Source: an uncultured Bacilli bacterium
Lineage (GTDB): Bacteria; Bacillota_I; Bacilli_A; RF39; UBA660
Direction: 5' to 3'
DNA: 64,000 nucleotides
Assembly: GCA_947632595.1 (NCBI GenBank)
Contig: CANRPY010000002.1
Coordinates: 23,951 to 87,950, forward strand
The notes under the pieces were generated by a model. The model made no database searches. It saw nothing but the letters and a program-made list of their open reading frames with translations, and was not told the DNA's origin. Of this stretch, positions 19,777 through 28,313 are shown piece by piece. The position numbers and the translations under genes are program-made. Each line of letters begins with the position of its first letter. Position 1 is the first letter of the stretch.

Positions 19777-19837
19777 ATCTTCATCTCCAAACAGATATTC
19801 ATTTTATCATATCCTGTTTGTTTTTACAATAGAGATT

Positions 19838-20413
19838 TTACTTACTTTCTTCTTTTGTATATTCCATATATAATTTTTTTAATCTTTTTTTGTTTAAAAC
19901 AGGAAGTAGGCCTTCTATACTGACTTCTGTATAGACTTTTTCTAATAATTTTTCCATCACAGGATGCATTTTTGCTTTTTGTTTGACACGGGTCCAGTAA
20001 CTTAATTGGTATTCTTTTGTCCAATCTTTTCCTTGATAAGTCATTCCTGCTGCAAAAGTATCACATAACATCTCTAAAAAATAGGGAAATGGCATAATAG
20101 GAGATGGGATTCTTGCATCATAGTCATACCAATATTCATAGTGGTGTTTATTATGATTAATGTGATGAATCCAAGCTAGACTATATCCTTTTTCTTGTTT
20201 ACATTTTCGAATAGGACTATATTTTCCCTCTTCAAAGTATCTTGCGGTTTCTAAGAATTCTACTGGTTGAAATTTGGATAAGTCATGTACTAGTCCTCGC
20301 CATGGGATTCCTACTCTACAACATAGACAAAACACTTTAAAACGGTGGCGTGTTACTACTTTGAAATGTCCCCATATTTTTTTGAATGTTAATTTTTCTT
20401 CCATTTCTCTCAC
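19838..20413 (-). CDS. Hypothetical protein with HD-like His-rich motifs
   Basis: VHDLSKF...WIHHINHNKHHYEY suggests a metal-binding phosphohydrolase-like fold. Low certainty. Confidence 0.4.
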   Translation of the reverse strand: MREMEEKLTFKKIWGHFKVVTRHRFKVFCLCCRVGIPWRGLVHDLSKFQPVEFLETARYFEEGKYSPIRKCKQEKGYSLAWIHHINHNKHHYEYWYDYDARIPSPIMPFPYFLEMLCDTFAAGMTYQGKDWTKEYQLSYWTRVKQKAKMHPVMEKLLEKVYTEVSIEGLLPVLNKKRLKKLYMEYTKEESK

Positions 20414-20443
20414 CTATTTTATTATATCACAAAAAAAGAAACT

Positions 20444-21118
20444 CTATGGTTTCTTCTTGTAAACCTTCTGTAGTTTTGCAGGAGGAATTTCTTTTTCATC
20501 TAAATAGAGATTTGGTATGACATCTGTTTGGGCAAATGTTTTGATTGCACTTTGAAAATTAACATTTCTTTGTTGACCATTGCTTAGTAAGATTACGATT
20601 TTATCTTCTAAGATAACGACTCCTTTAATTTCTTGATAATCAAAAGCATCTAATCCTCTATCGGATAAGGGATAACGAAATTCTAATCTTCCTTTTACAT
20701 CTGGATAATAATCGGCTGTTTCTATTCCTTGTCTTCTACTATCTTTTAAGGCATCTTTTAGAACATAAGGATCTCTTGCGAACCATAGTTCTTTGGGAGG
20801 ATTTGTTTTATCTTTTTCATAGTTTAGGAAAGATACTTCATTATACTCTATTTTTCTAGTTGCTAAAATGTGTTTTAATTCTTCTTTCGATACTGCTCCA
20901 TCTTGCATGATTAATATTAATTTATCGGCTTCTTCACAATAGAATATGGTATCAAACTGAATATCGATTTTTCTGCTTCCTAATCGTAAATAAGAAAGAC
21001 AATTTTGAAATAAAATGTTTTTGGGAGAAGATTCTACATTTTCAAGGGCTGGATAAATATCAGACGAAACTCCTTGAACTGCCCAGATGTTTAATCGACT
21101 TCTTTTCATGTCCCTCAC
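20444..21118 (-). CDS. Hypothetical protein
   Basis: 224-aa ORF with no motif. Confidence 0.4.
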   Translation of the reverse strand: MRDMKRSRLNIWAVQGVSSDIYPALENVESSPKNILFQNCLSYLRLGSRKIDIQFDTIFYCEEADKLILIMQDGAVSKEELKHILATRKIEYNEVSFLNYEKDKTNPPKELWFARDPYVLKDALKDSRRQGIETADYYPDVKGRLEFRYPLSDRGLDAFDYQEIKGVVILEDKIVILLSNGQQRNVNFQSAIKTFAQTDVIPNLYLDEKEIPPAKLQKVYKKKP

Positions 21119-21151
21119 CTCTTTTTGTTCCCTATTTTACCATAAAAAAGA

Positions 21152-21745
21152 CTATTTTCCAATAGTCTTTTCTCCTTTTTGACGTAGAGGAGCATAAACG
21201 GATTCATACTCTTTTAATGCCTCCTCTACTTGAATGGTATAATTTTGTTCTTCTTTTCCATCCATTACAAATTCTTCTATTAATTTTGCCCCTAAAGCAA
21301 GCATTGTTCTGCTGGATGCTGGATTGTCCTTATAGCAAGACAACATTACTTCTTCGATTCCATTTTCTTGACAGACTTCTAGGGCCAAATAAAGATTAAT
21401 CTTATTATATCCTTTTCTTCTTTCGGTTGGTCGAATTCCATATCCAATATGTCCACCGGACTTTCGAAGTCTTTCATTAAGAGCTAGACGAATATTGGTC
21501 ATTCCAATAATTTTATTATCGCTTTCTCTTACCAAAAAGTACGTTTTGGCAGGGACTCTTCCTTCTCCTGGATTTGCTGTCTGATCCTTCTCTAGTTTTA
21601 AAAGCCACTCTTCATAATTTGATAGATAATGATCTAGTCCACCGCATCCATTAATATTTGACTGATAAGCATAGTGCTCTTCTATATATTCTATGGCATC
21701 TTTTTTTCTTGCTAACGAGGGCACTTCATAAAATAATCTATCCAT
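21152..21745 (-). CDS. GNAT family N-acetyltransferase
   Basis: Motif A-like RRKGYNKINLYLALEVCQENG. Confidence 0.6.
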   Translation of the reverse strand: MDRLFYEVPSLARKKDAIEYIEEHYAYQSNINGCGGLDHYLSNYEEWLLKLEKDQTANPGEGRVPAKTYFLVRESDNKIIGMTNIRLALNERLRKSGGHIGYGIRPTERRKGYNKINLYLALEVCQENGIEEVMLSCYKDNPASSRTMLALGAKLIEEFVMDGKEEQNYTIQVEEALKEYESVYAPLRQKGEKTIGK

Positions 21746-21760
21746 TGGAATCCCTCCTTT

Positions 21761-22567
21761 CTATTTCGTATTCTTTTTCTTTTTTTCTTTGTTTATATGA
21801 AAATTAATTAAGATTCCTTCATCTTGATAGCCTACATCTTGGTATGCTTTATTGGATGCTTTATAATGGTAGTCTGTATAAAGAATTGGTTGAAACCCTT
21901 CTTCTTTTAATTTTTTTGATAGGCAATAGATTAGATACTTACAATATCCTTTCTTTCTCTCTTCTACTGGTGTATATACATGAGTAATTTTAGCAAGATC
22001 ATCCATTACTCTGTATCCTGCCATACAAACTATTTTTCCTGTTGCATCTTTTAAGACATAAAAGTTTTTTTCTTCTAACCATTGTTGTGCTTGATTTAAT
22101 GCATCTACTTCTTGAATTTCTTCTTGTCTCATTTCTTTTTCCGTTGCTTTCCAATAGGCTGCTAAAGTAAGTTTATCGGAATAATTTGGTCTTACAAATA
22201 CCCCTTTCCCTTTTAATGGATGAATTGGTTCTTTGCAAGATAGATAACCCATCTCAAAATAGGATGATGTATCATAATCTTTTTCTAGGATATGATATAG
22301 TCCTTTTTTACAAGTAATTTTATTTACATTTTCTTCTAGCATAGCATCTAAATCTTTTTCTAATTCTAATACTTGCTCTGGTGTAATACCCTCTTTTGTC
22401 CAAATCCATATTGGGTAGGATGTTTCACTTCTTCCTATTATATAAGAAGAGAGGTCTGAATAAAATATTGGAGATGGGGCTTCTGCGATTACAGATAATA
22501 GACTAAATTTTCCTTTTTCTTTCACAAAGCCATCTACTTTTTGTAAACATTCCTTTGTTACTTGCAT
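21761..22567 (-). CDS. GNAT family N-acetyltransferase
   Basis: ERKKGYCKYLIYCLSKKLKEEGF acetyl-CoA binding-like motif. Confidence 0.55.
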   Translation of the reverse strand: MQVTKECLQKVDGFVKEKGKFSLLSVIAEAPSPIFYSDLSSYIIGRSETSYPIWIWTKEGITPEQVLELEKDLDAMLEENVNKITCKKGLYHILEKDYDTSSYFEMGYLSCKEPIHPLKGKGVFVRPNYSDKLTLAAYWKATEKEMRQEEIQEVDALNQAQQWLEEKNFYVLKDATGKIVCMAGYRVMDDLAKITHVYTPVEERKKGYCKYLIYCLSKKLKEEGFQPILYTDYHYKASNKAYQDVGYQDEGILINFHINKEKKKKNTK

Positions 22568-22577
22568 AATATCCCTC

Positions 22578-23372
22578 CTAAATTCTTGCGTTCATTAGGT
22601 TTGTACTACTATATCTTTTTAATCCTTTATAGAAGATAAAGAATGCTAAAAAGATAAAGAATATCGTACCTAAGATAATAAAGATTATCCATTTCCACTC
22701 AAGGTGTGAGATTAATTGAACGGGTACATATGTTGTAATTCCAAGTGGTAAAATGGTATAAAATAGAATTTTTACCAAACCTTTAAAGATTCCTTCTGGG
22801 TAGGTTGCGAAATTGGTCATTAAACTATTTACGGTATTGGCAAGCATCTCTGTTTTTCCAAACCAAAAAGATAAGGAAGAAAAGATAATGGCAATGCTAA
22901 CAATTACTAGAGCTCCACATAATCCGCAAAAAAGGAATAATAGAATTGTGTGTGGTTTTAGGCCAAATAGAAAAAGCATAATTAGTCCATAAATCATATC
23001 TCCGATAGCAGATACTTCTACACTACTAGTAATACATGAGATTAGAACATTTTTTGGTTGAACTAAGTAATTGTCTAATTGTCCACTGTTAATAATTTCG
23101 GATAACTCGAAAGAGTCTTTAAAAAAGAATCTGGAAATTCCATAGGTCATGGCTGCCATTCCCCAAAGCAATAATACTTGTTTAAAACTATATCCCCCTA
23201 CATTGTCTTTTAGGGAATAAAGAATGATCCATTGAACAATAAAACAAGCATTATTTAAAATCATGAAAATAATATTTGTTAGAAACGTTACTTTATTTAA
23301 CATTTCTCTTTGTAATGCAAATTTAATAGATTGTGCGGTTACAATGATTTGATTTTTAACCTCCGTTAACAT
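22578..23372 (-). CDS. ABC-2 family transporter permease
   Basis: Six-TM hydrophobic profile. In an operon with the DrrA-like ATPase. Confidence 0.6.
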   Translation of the reverse strand: MLTEVKNQIIVTAQSIKFALQREMLNKVTFLTNIIFMILNNACFIVQWIILYSLKDNVGGYSFKQVLLLWGMAAMTYGISRFFFKDSFELSEIINSGQLDNYLVQPKNVLISCITSSVEVSAIGDMIYGLIMLFLFGLKPHTILLFLFCGLCGALVIVSIAIIFSSLSFWFGKTEMLANTVNSLMTNFATYPEGIFKGLVKILFYTILPLGITTYVPVQLISHLEWKWIIFIILGTIFFIFLAFFIFYKGLKRYSSTNLMNARI

Positions 23373-24147
23373 TTAACTTCTTTACCCCCTTTCTATAAAT
23401 CCAATGCGTTAATAAGAAGGCAACGATTAGATAAATTCCTTGTATGATAAATGCTTCTAATAATTTTGGATAACTAAAATCCACAAATAATTTTGCAGGA
23501 GCATAGCTTACTGCGTAAATTGGACTATATTTCATGATTGGTTGTAGGAAGGCTGGGAAAAATTCAATTGGGAAGATTGTTCCTACTACTAAGATTGCTT
23601 TGGAATATAACCAAAATAATGGAGAGGCATCTTCTATAAAGAAAGAAAATAAACCTAATGCTGTGATTAATAAAATATTAATGATGGTTGCGAAAAGACA
23701 AGATAGTAAGACTCCTATTACCTTTACGAAAGATAGAGTTGGAATACTTTTTAAATAGATTAGTCCAATTCCTAGACCAAGTATTGTTACCATAACAAAC
23801 TTTAGAGTCGTTACTCCAAGATGACTAAATAAAATATATTCTACATAGTTATATGGTTTCGTAATGTTATATGTAATATTTCCACTTCTAACATCATTAC
23901 AAATCTTTCTATTTAATTTTCTTGATCCTAAACTCATCCATAATATTTCTGTTACAATGACATACCAAATCATTTGATTCATTGTATATCCTTTAATGAC
24001 TTCACTAGGATCACTATAGATATAATTCCATAAATTTAGAAAGATAAAAATCATAATACAATAACTGATAAATCCTATTAAAATATCAAAAATATACTGA
24101 AGATTGGTCATTAATTCTGATTTAAAAATATAGAGGTATTTTTTCAT
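23356..24147 (-). CDS. ABC-2 family transporter permease
   Basis: Six-TM hydrophobic profile. Overlapping gene ends, consistent with an operon. Confidence 0.6.
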   Translation of the reverse strand: MKKYLYIFKSELMTNLQYIFDILIGFISYCIMIFIFLNLWNYIYSDPSEVIKGYTMNQMIWYVIVTEILWMSLGSRKLNRKICNDVRSGNITYNITKPYNYVEYILFSHLGVTTLKFVMVTILGLGIGLIYLKSIPTLSFVKVIGVLLSCLFATIINILLITALGLFSFFIEDASPLFWLYSKAILVVGTIFPIEFFPAFLQPIMKYSPIYAVSYAPAKLFVDFSYPKLLEAFIIQGIYLIVAFLLTHWIYRKGVKKLNVNGG

Positions 24148-25136
24148 TCTTTTTCACCATCTTTATAAATCTCACTAATAATATCTTCTAGAGGTACGTT
24201 GGATATATTAATATCAATCATATTATCGGTATTTAATAATTTAATGGCATCTGCTATTGTTTTTTTCTTTAAATCTACTTCTAGTTTTAAATTGTAATCT
24301 TTATCTTTTAGAATGGTAATTCCATCTACTTCTTCTAGATTTACTTTTTCTTTCATTTTGACATCGATTATTTTTTTATTTAAGTAATGGTATTTTAAAT
24401 TTTCCATGGTATCATCTAAAACAATTTGTCCTTTATTTACGATAATAACTCTTTTACATAATTTTTCTATATCAGATACATCGTGAGAGGTTAAGACAAT
24501 GGTTGTTTTAAATTCTTTATTCATTCGTTTAATCAAGGTTCTTATCTTTTCTTTTACAACAGGGTCTAATCCTATTGTTGGTTCATCTAAGAACAAGATT
24601 TTTGGTTCATGAATTAAGGATGCTACGATTTCACATCGAATTCTTTGTCCCAAACTTAGGTTTCTTACTGGAGTATTGATGAATTCGTCTAATTCAAAGA
24701 GTTCTCTCATTTCATCAATTTTTTGTTCTACGACAGATTCTGGAATATCATAGATGGCTCCGAAGAATTTAAAATTATCATATGGGGTTAAGTGTGTCCA
24801 TAATTGTTCTTTTTGTCCAAAGACACAACCGATTTCATATGCTAACTTTTTTCTATCCTTTGTTGGATCTAATCCTAAGACGTCAATTTTTCCACCGTCT
24901 GGGAATAAAATTCCTGTCATCATTTTAATCGATGTTGATTTCCCTGCACCATTTGGTCCAATGAAGGCAATCATTTCTCCTTTTTCTACGGAAAAAGAGA
25001 TGTTTTTTACAGCTTTGATGATATTGTATTTTGGCTTGATAAAGGATTTAATACTGCCTTTTAATCCTTTTTCTTTGATTTTTACTTTGAAACTTTTGGA
25101 TAATTTTTCAACGGTTATTACAGCCATACTAATCAC
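24144..25136 (-). CDS. ABC transporter ATP-binding protein (DrrA-like with C-terminal extension)
   Basis: Walker A GPNGAGKST. Signature LSLGQRIRC. Walker B LFLDEPT. RBS AAAGGAGTGA. Confidence 0.85.
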   Translation of the reverse strand: MISMAVITVEKLSKSFKVKIKEKGLKGSIKSFIKPKYNIIKAVKNISFSVEKGEMIAFIGPNGAGKSTSIKMMTGILFPDGGKIDVLGLDPTKDRKKLAYEIGCVFGQKEQLWTHLTPYDNFKFFGAIYDIPESVVEQKIDEMRELFELDEFINTPVRNLSLGQRIRCEIVASLIHEPKILFLDEPTIGLDPVVKEKIRTLIKRMNKEFKTTIVLTSHDVSDIEKLCKRVIIVNKGQIVLDDTMENLKYHYLNKKIIDVKMKEKVNLEEVDGITILKDKDYNLKLEVDLKKKTIADAIKLLNTDNMIDINISNVPLEDIISEIYKDGEKE

Positions 25137-25218
25137 TCCTTTCTAAATCTTTCGCTTTCATAGACTTCCTATCATCAAAACTATTATATTATACTTTGTG
25201 GTTCTTTTTCGATAAAAA

Positions 25219-25307
25219 AACACGGAAAAACTATTCTTGATAGTGACTCCGTGTTAACCGTGTAGGATTTCTTCCCTATGCAGCTCGTCTCCTTATGCAT
25301 ACTCACT
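25219..25307. repeat. Structured direct repeat, copy 1 (~89 nt)
   Basis: AACACGG...CCGTGTT stem. Core TAGTGACTCCGTGTTAACCGTGTAGGATTTCTTCCCTATGCAGCTCGTCTCCTTATGCATACTCACT. Confidence 0.7.
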
Positions 25308-25340
25308 TAAATCTATGAAAACTGGTCGAGAAAACAAAAA

Positions 25341-25427
25341 ATACGGGCACTACTAAACTTAGTAGTGACTCCGTATTAACGTGTAAGATTACTCCCTATG
25401 CAGCTCGTTTCCTTATGCATACTCACT
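25341..25427. repeat. Structured direct repeat, copy 2 (~87 nt, ~88% identical to copy 1)
   Basis: ATACGGG...CCGTATT stem. Inner palindrome CACTACTA/TAGTAGTG. Core TAGTGACTCCGTATTAACGTGTAAGATTACTCCCTATGCAGCTCGTTTCCTTATGCATACTCACT. Confidence 0.7.
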
Positions 25428-25778
25428 CGACTTGTCTAACATGTTACATCAAAAACAATCGTTTGTCAACCTTTTTTTGTTACCATTTCATCTTCTTGTG
25501 ATGAATCGTTTTTGGAAAAAATTGTTCTACCGTATAATATACTACTTAAGAAAAGAGTACAAGCTATACATTTAAACTTGACTTTCACAGATAATTCGTG
25601 TAAATTATAAAGCACCAAGCAAGAAAATGATTCAGTATATTTACTTATTTAAATATATTTGTTATACTTTTCTTGTGAGTTTGATATAATAATATTGTAG
25701 AATATTTATTGTATCTACATTTGGTCTATTATTTCTTTAATGGATCAAACCCGTGTTAGCGCCAAGCGCTGCTTAAAG

Positions 25779-25805
25779 AAGCAACCTTAATGGTTGCTTT
25801 TTTAA
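25779..25805 (+). terminator. Intrinsic terminator on the plus strand ending a short transcript that converges on the DUF3800 gene
   Basis: AAGCAACC-ttaa-GGTTGCTT hairpin followed by TTTTTT. Confidence 0.6.
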
Positions 25806-25811
25806 TGTGTT

Positions 25812-26480
25812 TTAAAATCTTTTCTTGTTTAGTTCTTTTAATATTTTTCTTATTTCTTCTATTGAGAAAAAATATTTTTCGCTCTTTGTAAATGACATTT
25901 TATTTTTATATTTATAATCATATTTATCAATATAAGTAAGCATATCAGATACTTGAAACAGTCTTTTTTCTTCGTGATTGAAATCTACTCTATGTTCAAA
26001 TCCATCATATCTTGAAAAGATTGAGTCGAGAATTATACCTAATGTTTCTTGACCATTATCATAATACATCACAATCTTATCAAACCTACTCAAATAACCT
26101 TCCTGTTCTTTTATCATCTTATTTATTTCAGTAGAAACTTGTTGTCTTAATATACGACTACTATCCGTATACTTTTTATCAATGATTATTGAATGATATT
26201 TTACAGGTATTTTTCTTGAAAATTGGTATATAGCATTAAATATACTTTTTCTTTTTTTGATATCAAAGCTAGAATAATCTCCACGTTTCATTATTAAATC
26301 AGCCATGTGAATCATTTTAGTATAGCCAATTCTATTAAGTCTATCATTTAAATTGGCAAGTTCCGGCATAATATCATCATTGTGTTCATGAAAAGTAAAT
26401 GAAACGCCATAAAGTTCTGATGCTCCCTTACCAAAACCGAATTCTCCAGTTTCATCTACAAAAACATTTAGTCTTTGCAA
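25812..26480 (-). CDS. DUF3800-like protein with an N-terminal RNase-H-like D-E motif
   Basis: N-terminus MQRLNVFVDETGEFGF, where a beta-strand is followed by DE+G as in DUF3800 and RuvC/YqgF-like folds. Probable TTG start, 8 nt after the RBS GGTGGGGG. The ORF track extends 6 codons further upstream. Confidence 0.45.
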   Translation of the reverse strand: MQRLNVFVDETGEFGFGKGASELYGVSFTFHEHNDDIMPELANLNDRLNRIGYTKMIHMADLIMKRGDYSSFDIKKRKSIFNAIYQFSRKIPVKYHSIIIDKKYTDSSRILRQQVSTEINKMIKEQEGYLSRFDKIVMYYDNGQETLGIILDSIFSRYDGFEHRVDFNHEEKRLFQVSDMLTYIDKYDYKYKNKMSFTKSEKYFFSIEEIRKILKELNKKRF

Positions 26481-26596
26481 GATATTCACCCCCACCAAAT
26501 AAATTATATACTATTTTGGAGAATGTTTAAATGTGGTTTCAGTAATCTCAGGAAGCTTATGAATCGTCGTAGTCTCACTTAACTTTGTATAATATT

Positions 26597-26630
26597 AAAA
26601 CATCAAAAGATATTCTTTCGATGTTTTCAA
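26597..26630. terminator. Bidirectional intrinsic terminator between the catalase gene and the DUF3800 gene
   Basis: 13-bp stem AAAACAUCGAAAG/CUUUUGAUGUUUU with loop AAUAU, flanked by U-rich tracts on both strands. Confidence 0.6.
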
Positions 26631-26652
26631 AATGGTTTGATGCCTTTTTTTG

Positions 26653-27336
26653 TTACCTATAAAAGTTGTTATCCATATAAAGCTGTTCTACTAAGGTATC
26701 TCCTCCAATTGGATAGAAGTTTCCTTTTAGATTTTCTTTCATCAAAGGCATTTCTCCTTTTGGCAATTCATTTGCTCCATTTTTTAACTTCTTTTGGTAG
26801 TCTTCAAATAATTCTTTAAATCTAGCATAGTGTACTACTTCTCTTTGCCTTAACCATAGTAATGGTCCTATGACATCAGGATCATCTGTTAAGTCAATTA
26901 AGTTTTCATACACTGCTCTTGCTTTTTGTTCTGCTGCCATATCTTCGGCTAGGTCGGCAAGAGGATCTCCTGTTGTTGCGAAGTAAGTTGCCGTAAAGGG
27001 TACGCCATTCGAGTCTGTTGGGTATAGGGCTTTTGCATGTTCTGCGTAGTGAGCATCAAGTCCTGCTTCTTTTAATTCTTCTAGGGTTGCATCTTTCATT
27101 AATTGATAGACCATAGTCTCAAGCATTTCCACATGTCCTAATTCTTCGGTTGCGATATCATTTAATAAGGCTTTTCCTTTGTTATCTGGCATCGTCATTC
27201 TCTGATTCATATAACGAAGTGCCGCTGCTAACTCCCCATTGGATCCTCCATATTGTGTTACGATATATTTTGCCATTCTTAAATCCTTTTTTTTAATATT
27301 TACGGGATATTGTAATCGTTTTTGATAACTAAACAT
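26653..27336 (-). CDS. cotJC: Manganese catalase family protein (CotJC-like)
   Basis: YGGSNGELAAALRYMNQRMTM...EELGHVEMLETMV is the Mn-catalase ferritin-like motif. Overlaps the upstream cotJB-like gene by 8 nt. Confidence 0.75.
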   Translation of the reverse strand: MFSYQKRLQYPVNIKKKDLRMAKYIVTQYGGSNGELAAALRYMNQRMTMPDNKGKALLNDIATEELGHVEMLETMVYQLMKDATLEELKEAGLDAHYAEHAKALYPTDSNGVPFTATYFATTGDPLADLAEDMAAEQKARAVYENLIDLTDDPDVIGPLLWLRQREVVHYARFKELFEDYQKKLKNGANELPKGEMPLMKENLKGNFYPIGGDTLVEQLYMDNNFYR

Positions 27337-27796
27337 TTCTTCCCTCCCATGGCCATGTGGATGATACCCAGTTGAAGGATGTCATTTCACCATTTATGGT
27401 TAGTGGCCCATATTTTTTCTCATACTCTTCTACTAATCGATTTGCTTTTTGTTCATAATCTCTAAATAGTAGAAACATGCTTTGATCTTCTGGATGAAGA
27501 TCTAGGTATAGATTTAACTCGTGTGCAGCAAAGGCAATGGCAGATAATTCATAAAGGCATTTTTCTTGTTCTGTTTGGGGAGTAAGGGTTGCTGGTTGAT
27601 AGTTCTTATAAGGACTATATAGTTCTTTCCATAAATTTCCTTTTAGGAAAGCTTCGGTTGGATTGAATAAGTTATTTTCTGGAAGTGGCATGGGAGATGG
27701 ATAAAAATTCGTTGGTTGGTATAGGTTTTCATTTCTTATCCAATCATAGTTTATCTTATTATTCATAAATTCTCCTTTCTTATTAATGTATTCCAT
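27329..27796 (-). CDS. cotJB: Spore coat protein CotJA-CotJB fusion
   Basis: The N-terminal half, NLFNPTEAFLKGNLWKELYSPY, is CotJA-like. The C-terminal half, ELNLYLDLHPEDQSMF...YGPLT, is CotJB-like. Confidence 0.6.
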   Translation of the reverse strand: MEYINKKGEFMNNKINYDWIRNENLYQPTNFYPSPMPLPENNLFNPTEAFLKGNLWKELYSPYKNYQPATLTPQTEQEKCLYELSAIAFAAHELNLYLDLHPEDQSMFLLFRDYEQKANRLVEEYEKKYGPLTINGEMTSFNWVSSTWPWEGRNV

Positions 27797-27854
27797 CTTC
27801 CTTTTTCTATTAGGGCATTGGCCTACTTTTTTCGGTAAAATCTATAAATAATAC

Positions 27855-27883
27855 TTGTCAAATGTTGGATTTACTGATAGAAT
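27855..27883 (+). promoter_or_regulatory. SigA-type promoter for tRNA-His
   Basis: TTGTCA-17nt-TAGAAT, ~20 nt upstream of the tRNA 5' end. Confidence 0.55.
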
Positions 27884-27902
27884 ATATTTGTATTTTTGAA
27901 AT

Positions 27903-27979
27903 GGCGCCATTGGTGAAGTGGTTAACACGCTAGTTTGTGGCACTAGTATGCAAGAGTTCGATTCTCTTATGACGCCCCA
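27903..27979 (+). tRNA. tRNA-His (anticodon GTG) with G-1
   Basis: G-GCGCCAT TG GTGAAGTGGTTAACAC...anticodon loop TTGTGGC...T-arm GTTCGATTC...ATGACGC C CCA. The extra 5' G is diagnostic for His. One C-A mismatch in the acceptor stem. Confidence 0.85.
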
Positions 27980-28017
27980 TTTTTGAAAATTGTCGATGAA
28001 TTTCGACTTACAGATAG

Positions 28018-28045
28018 ACTCAATGATTGTTATTGAGTTTTTTTG
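28018..28045 (+). terminator. Intrinsic terminator after tRNA-His
   Basis: ACTCAAT-gattgtt-ATTGAGT hairpin followed by TTTTTTT. Confidence 0.65.
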
Positions 28046-28313
28046 TGCCTCAAAAAGCATTCGTTGTTCCCTATTTATTCCAATATTAAGGTTCGGGGAG
28101 AAAAAGAAAAGAACTTGTAAAAGCTCAATTTTTATGTTATTCTGTATGTAGCAAGAAATCTTGCGTAAAATAAAAAAGGGAACATTCAGTTTTTCAGAGT
28201 TGAATGTCTACCCAAATTTAATTGTGTTAGGCACTTATTCTAGCGAATGAGTGTTATTTTTTTATAACTACTATCATAAAAGACCAATTCTTAGAATTGA
28301 TCTTTTTTGTTTT

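Noticed and set aside
19777-19837. Plus-strand terminator-like hairpin CAAACAG...CTGTTTG followed by T-run between two minus-strand genes
   Set aside because: There is no plus-strand gene upstream. It is more likely a bidirectional or incidental palindrome.
25219-25427. Type III toxin-antitoxin (ToxI-like) antitoxin repeat array for the DUF3800 gene
   Set aside because: The repeats are ~90 nt (ToxI/AntiQ units are 34-47 nt), there are only two copies, and they lie downstream of, not upstream of, the candidate toxin gene. Kept only as a remote possibility.
27842-28060. 72-aa minus-strand ORF
   Set aside because: It lies antisense across tRNA-His and its terminator. No RBS.
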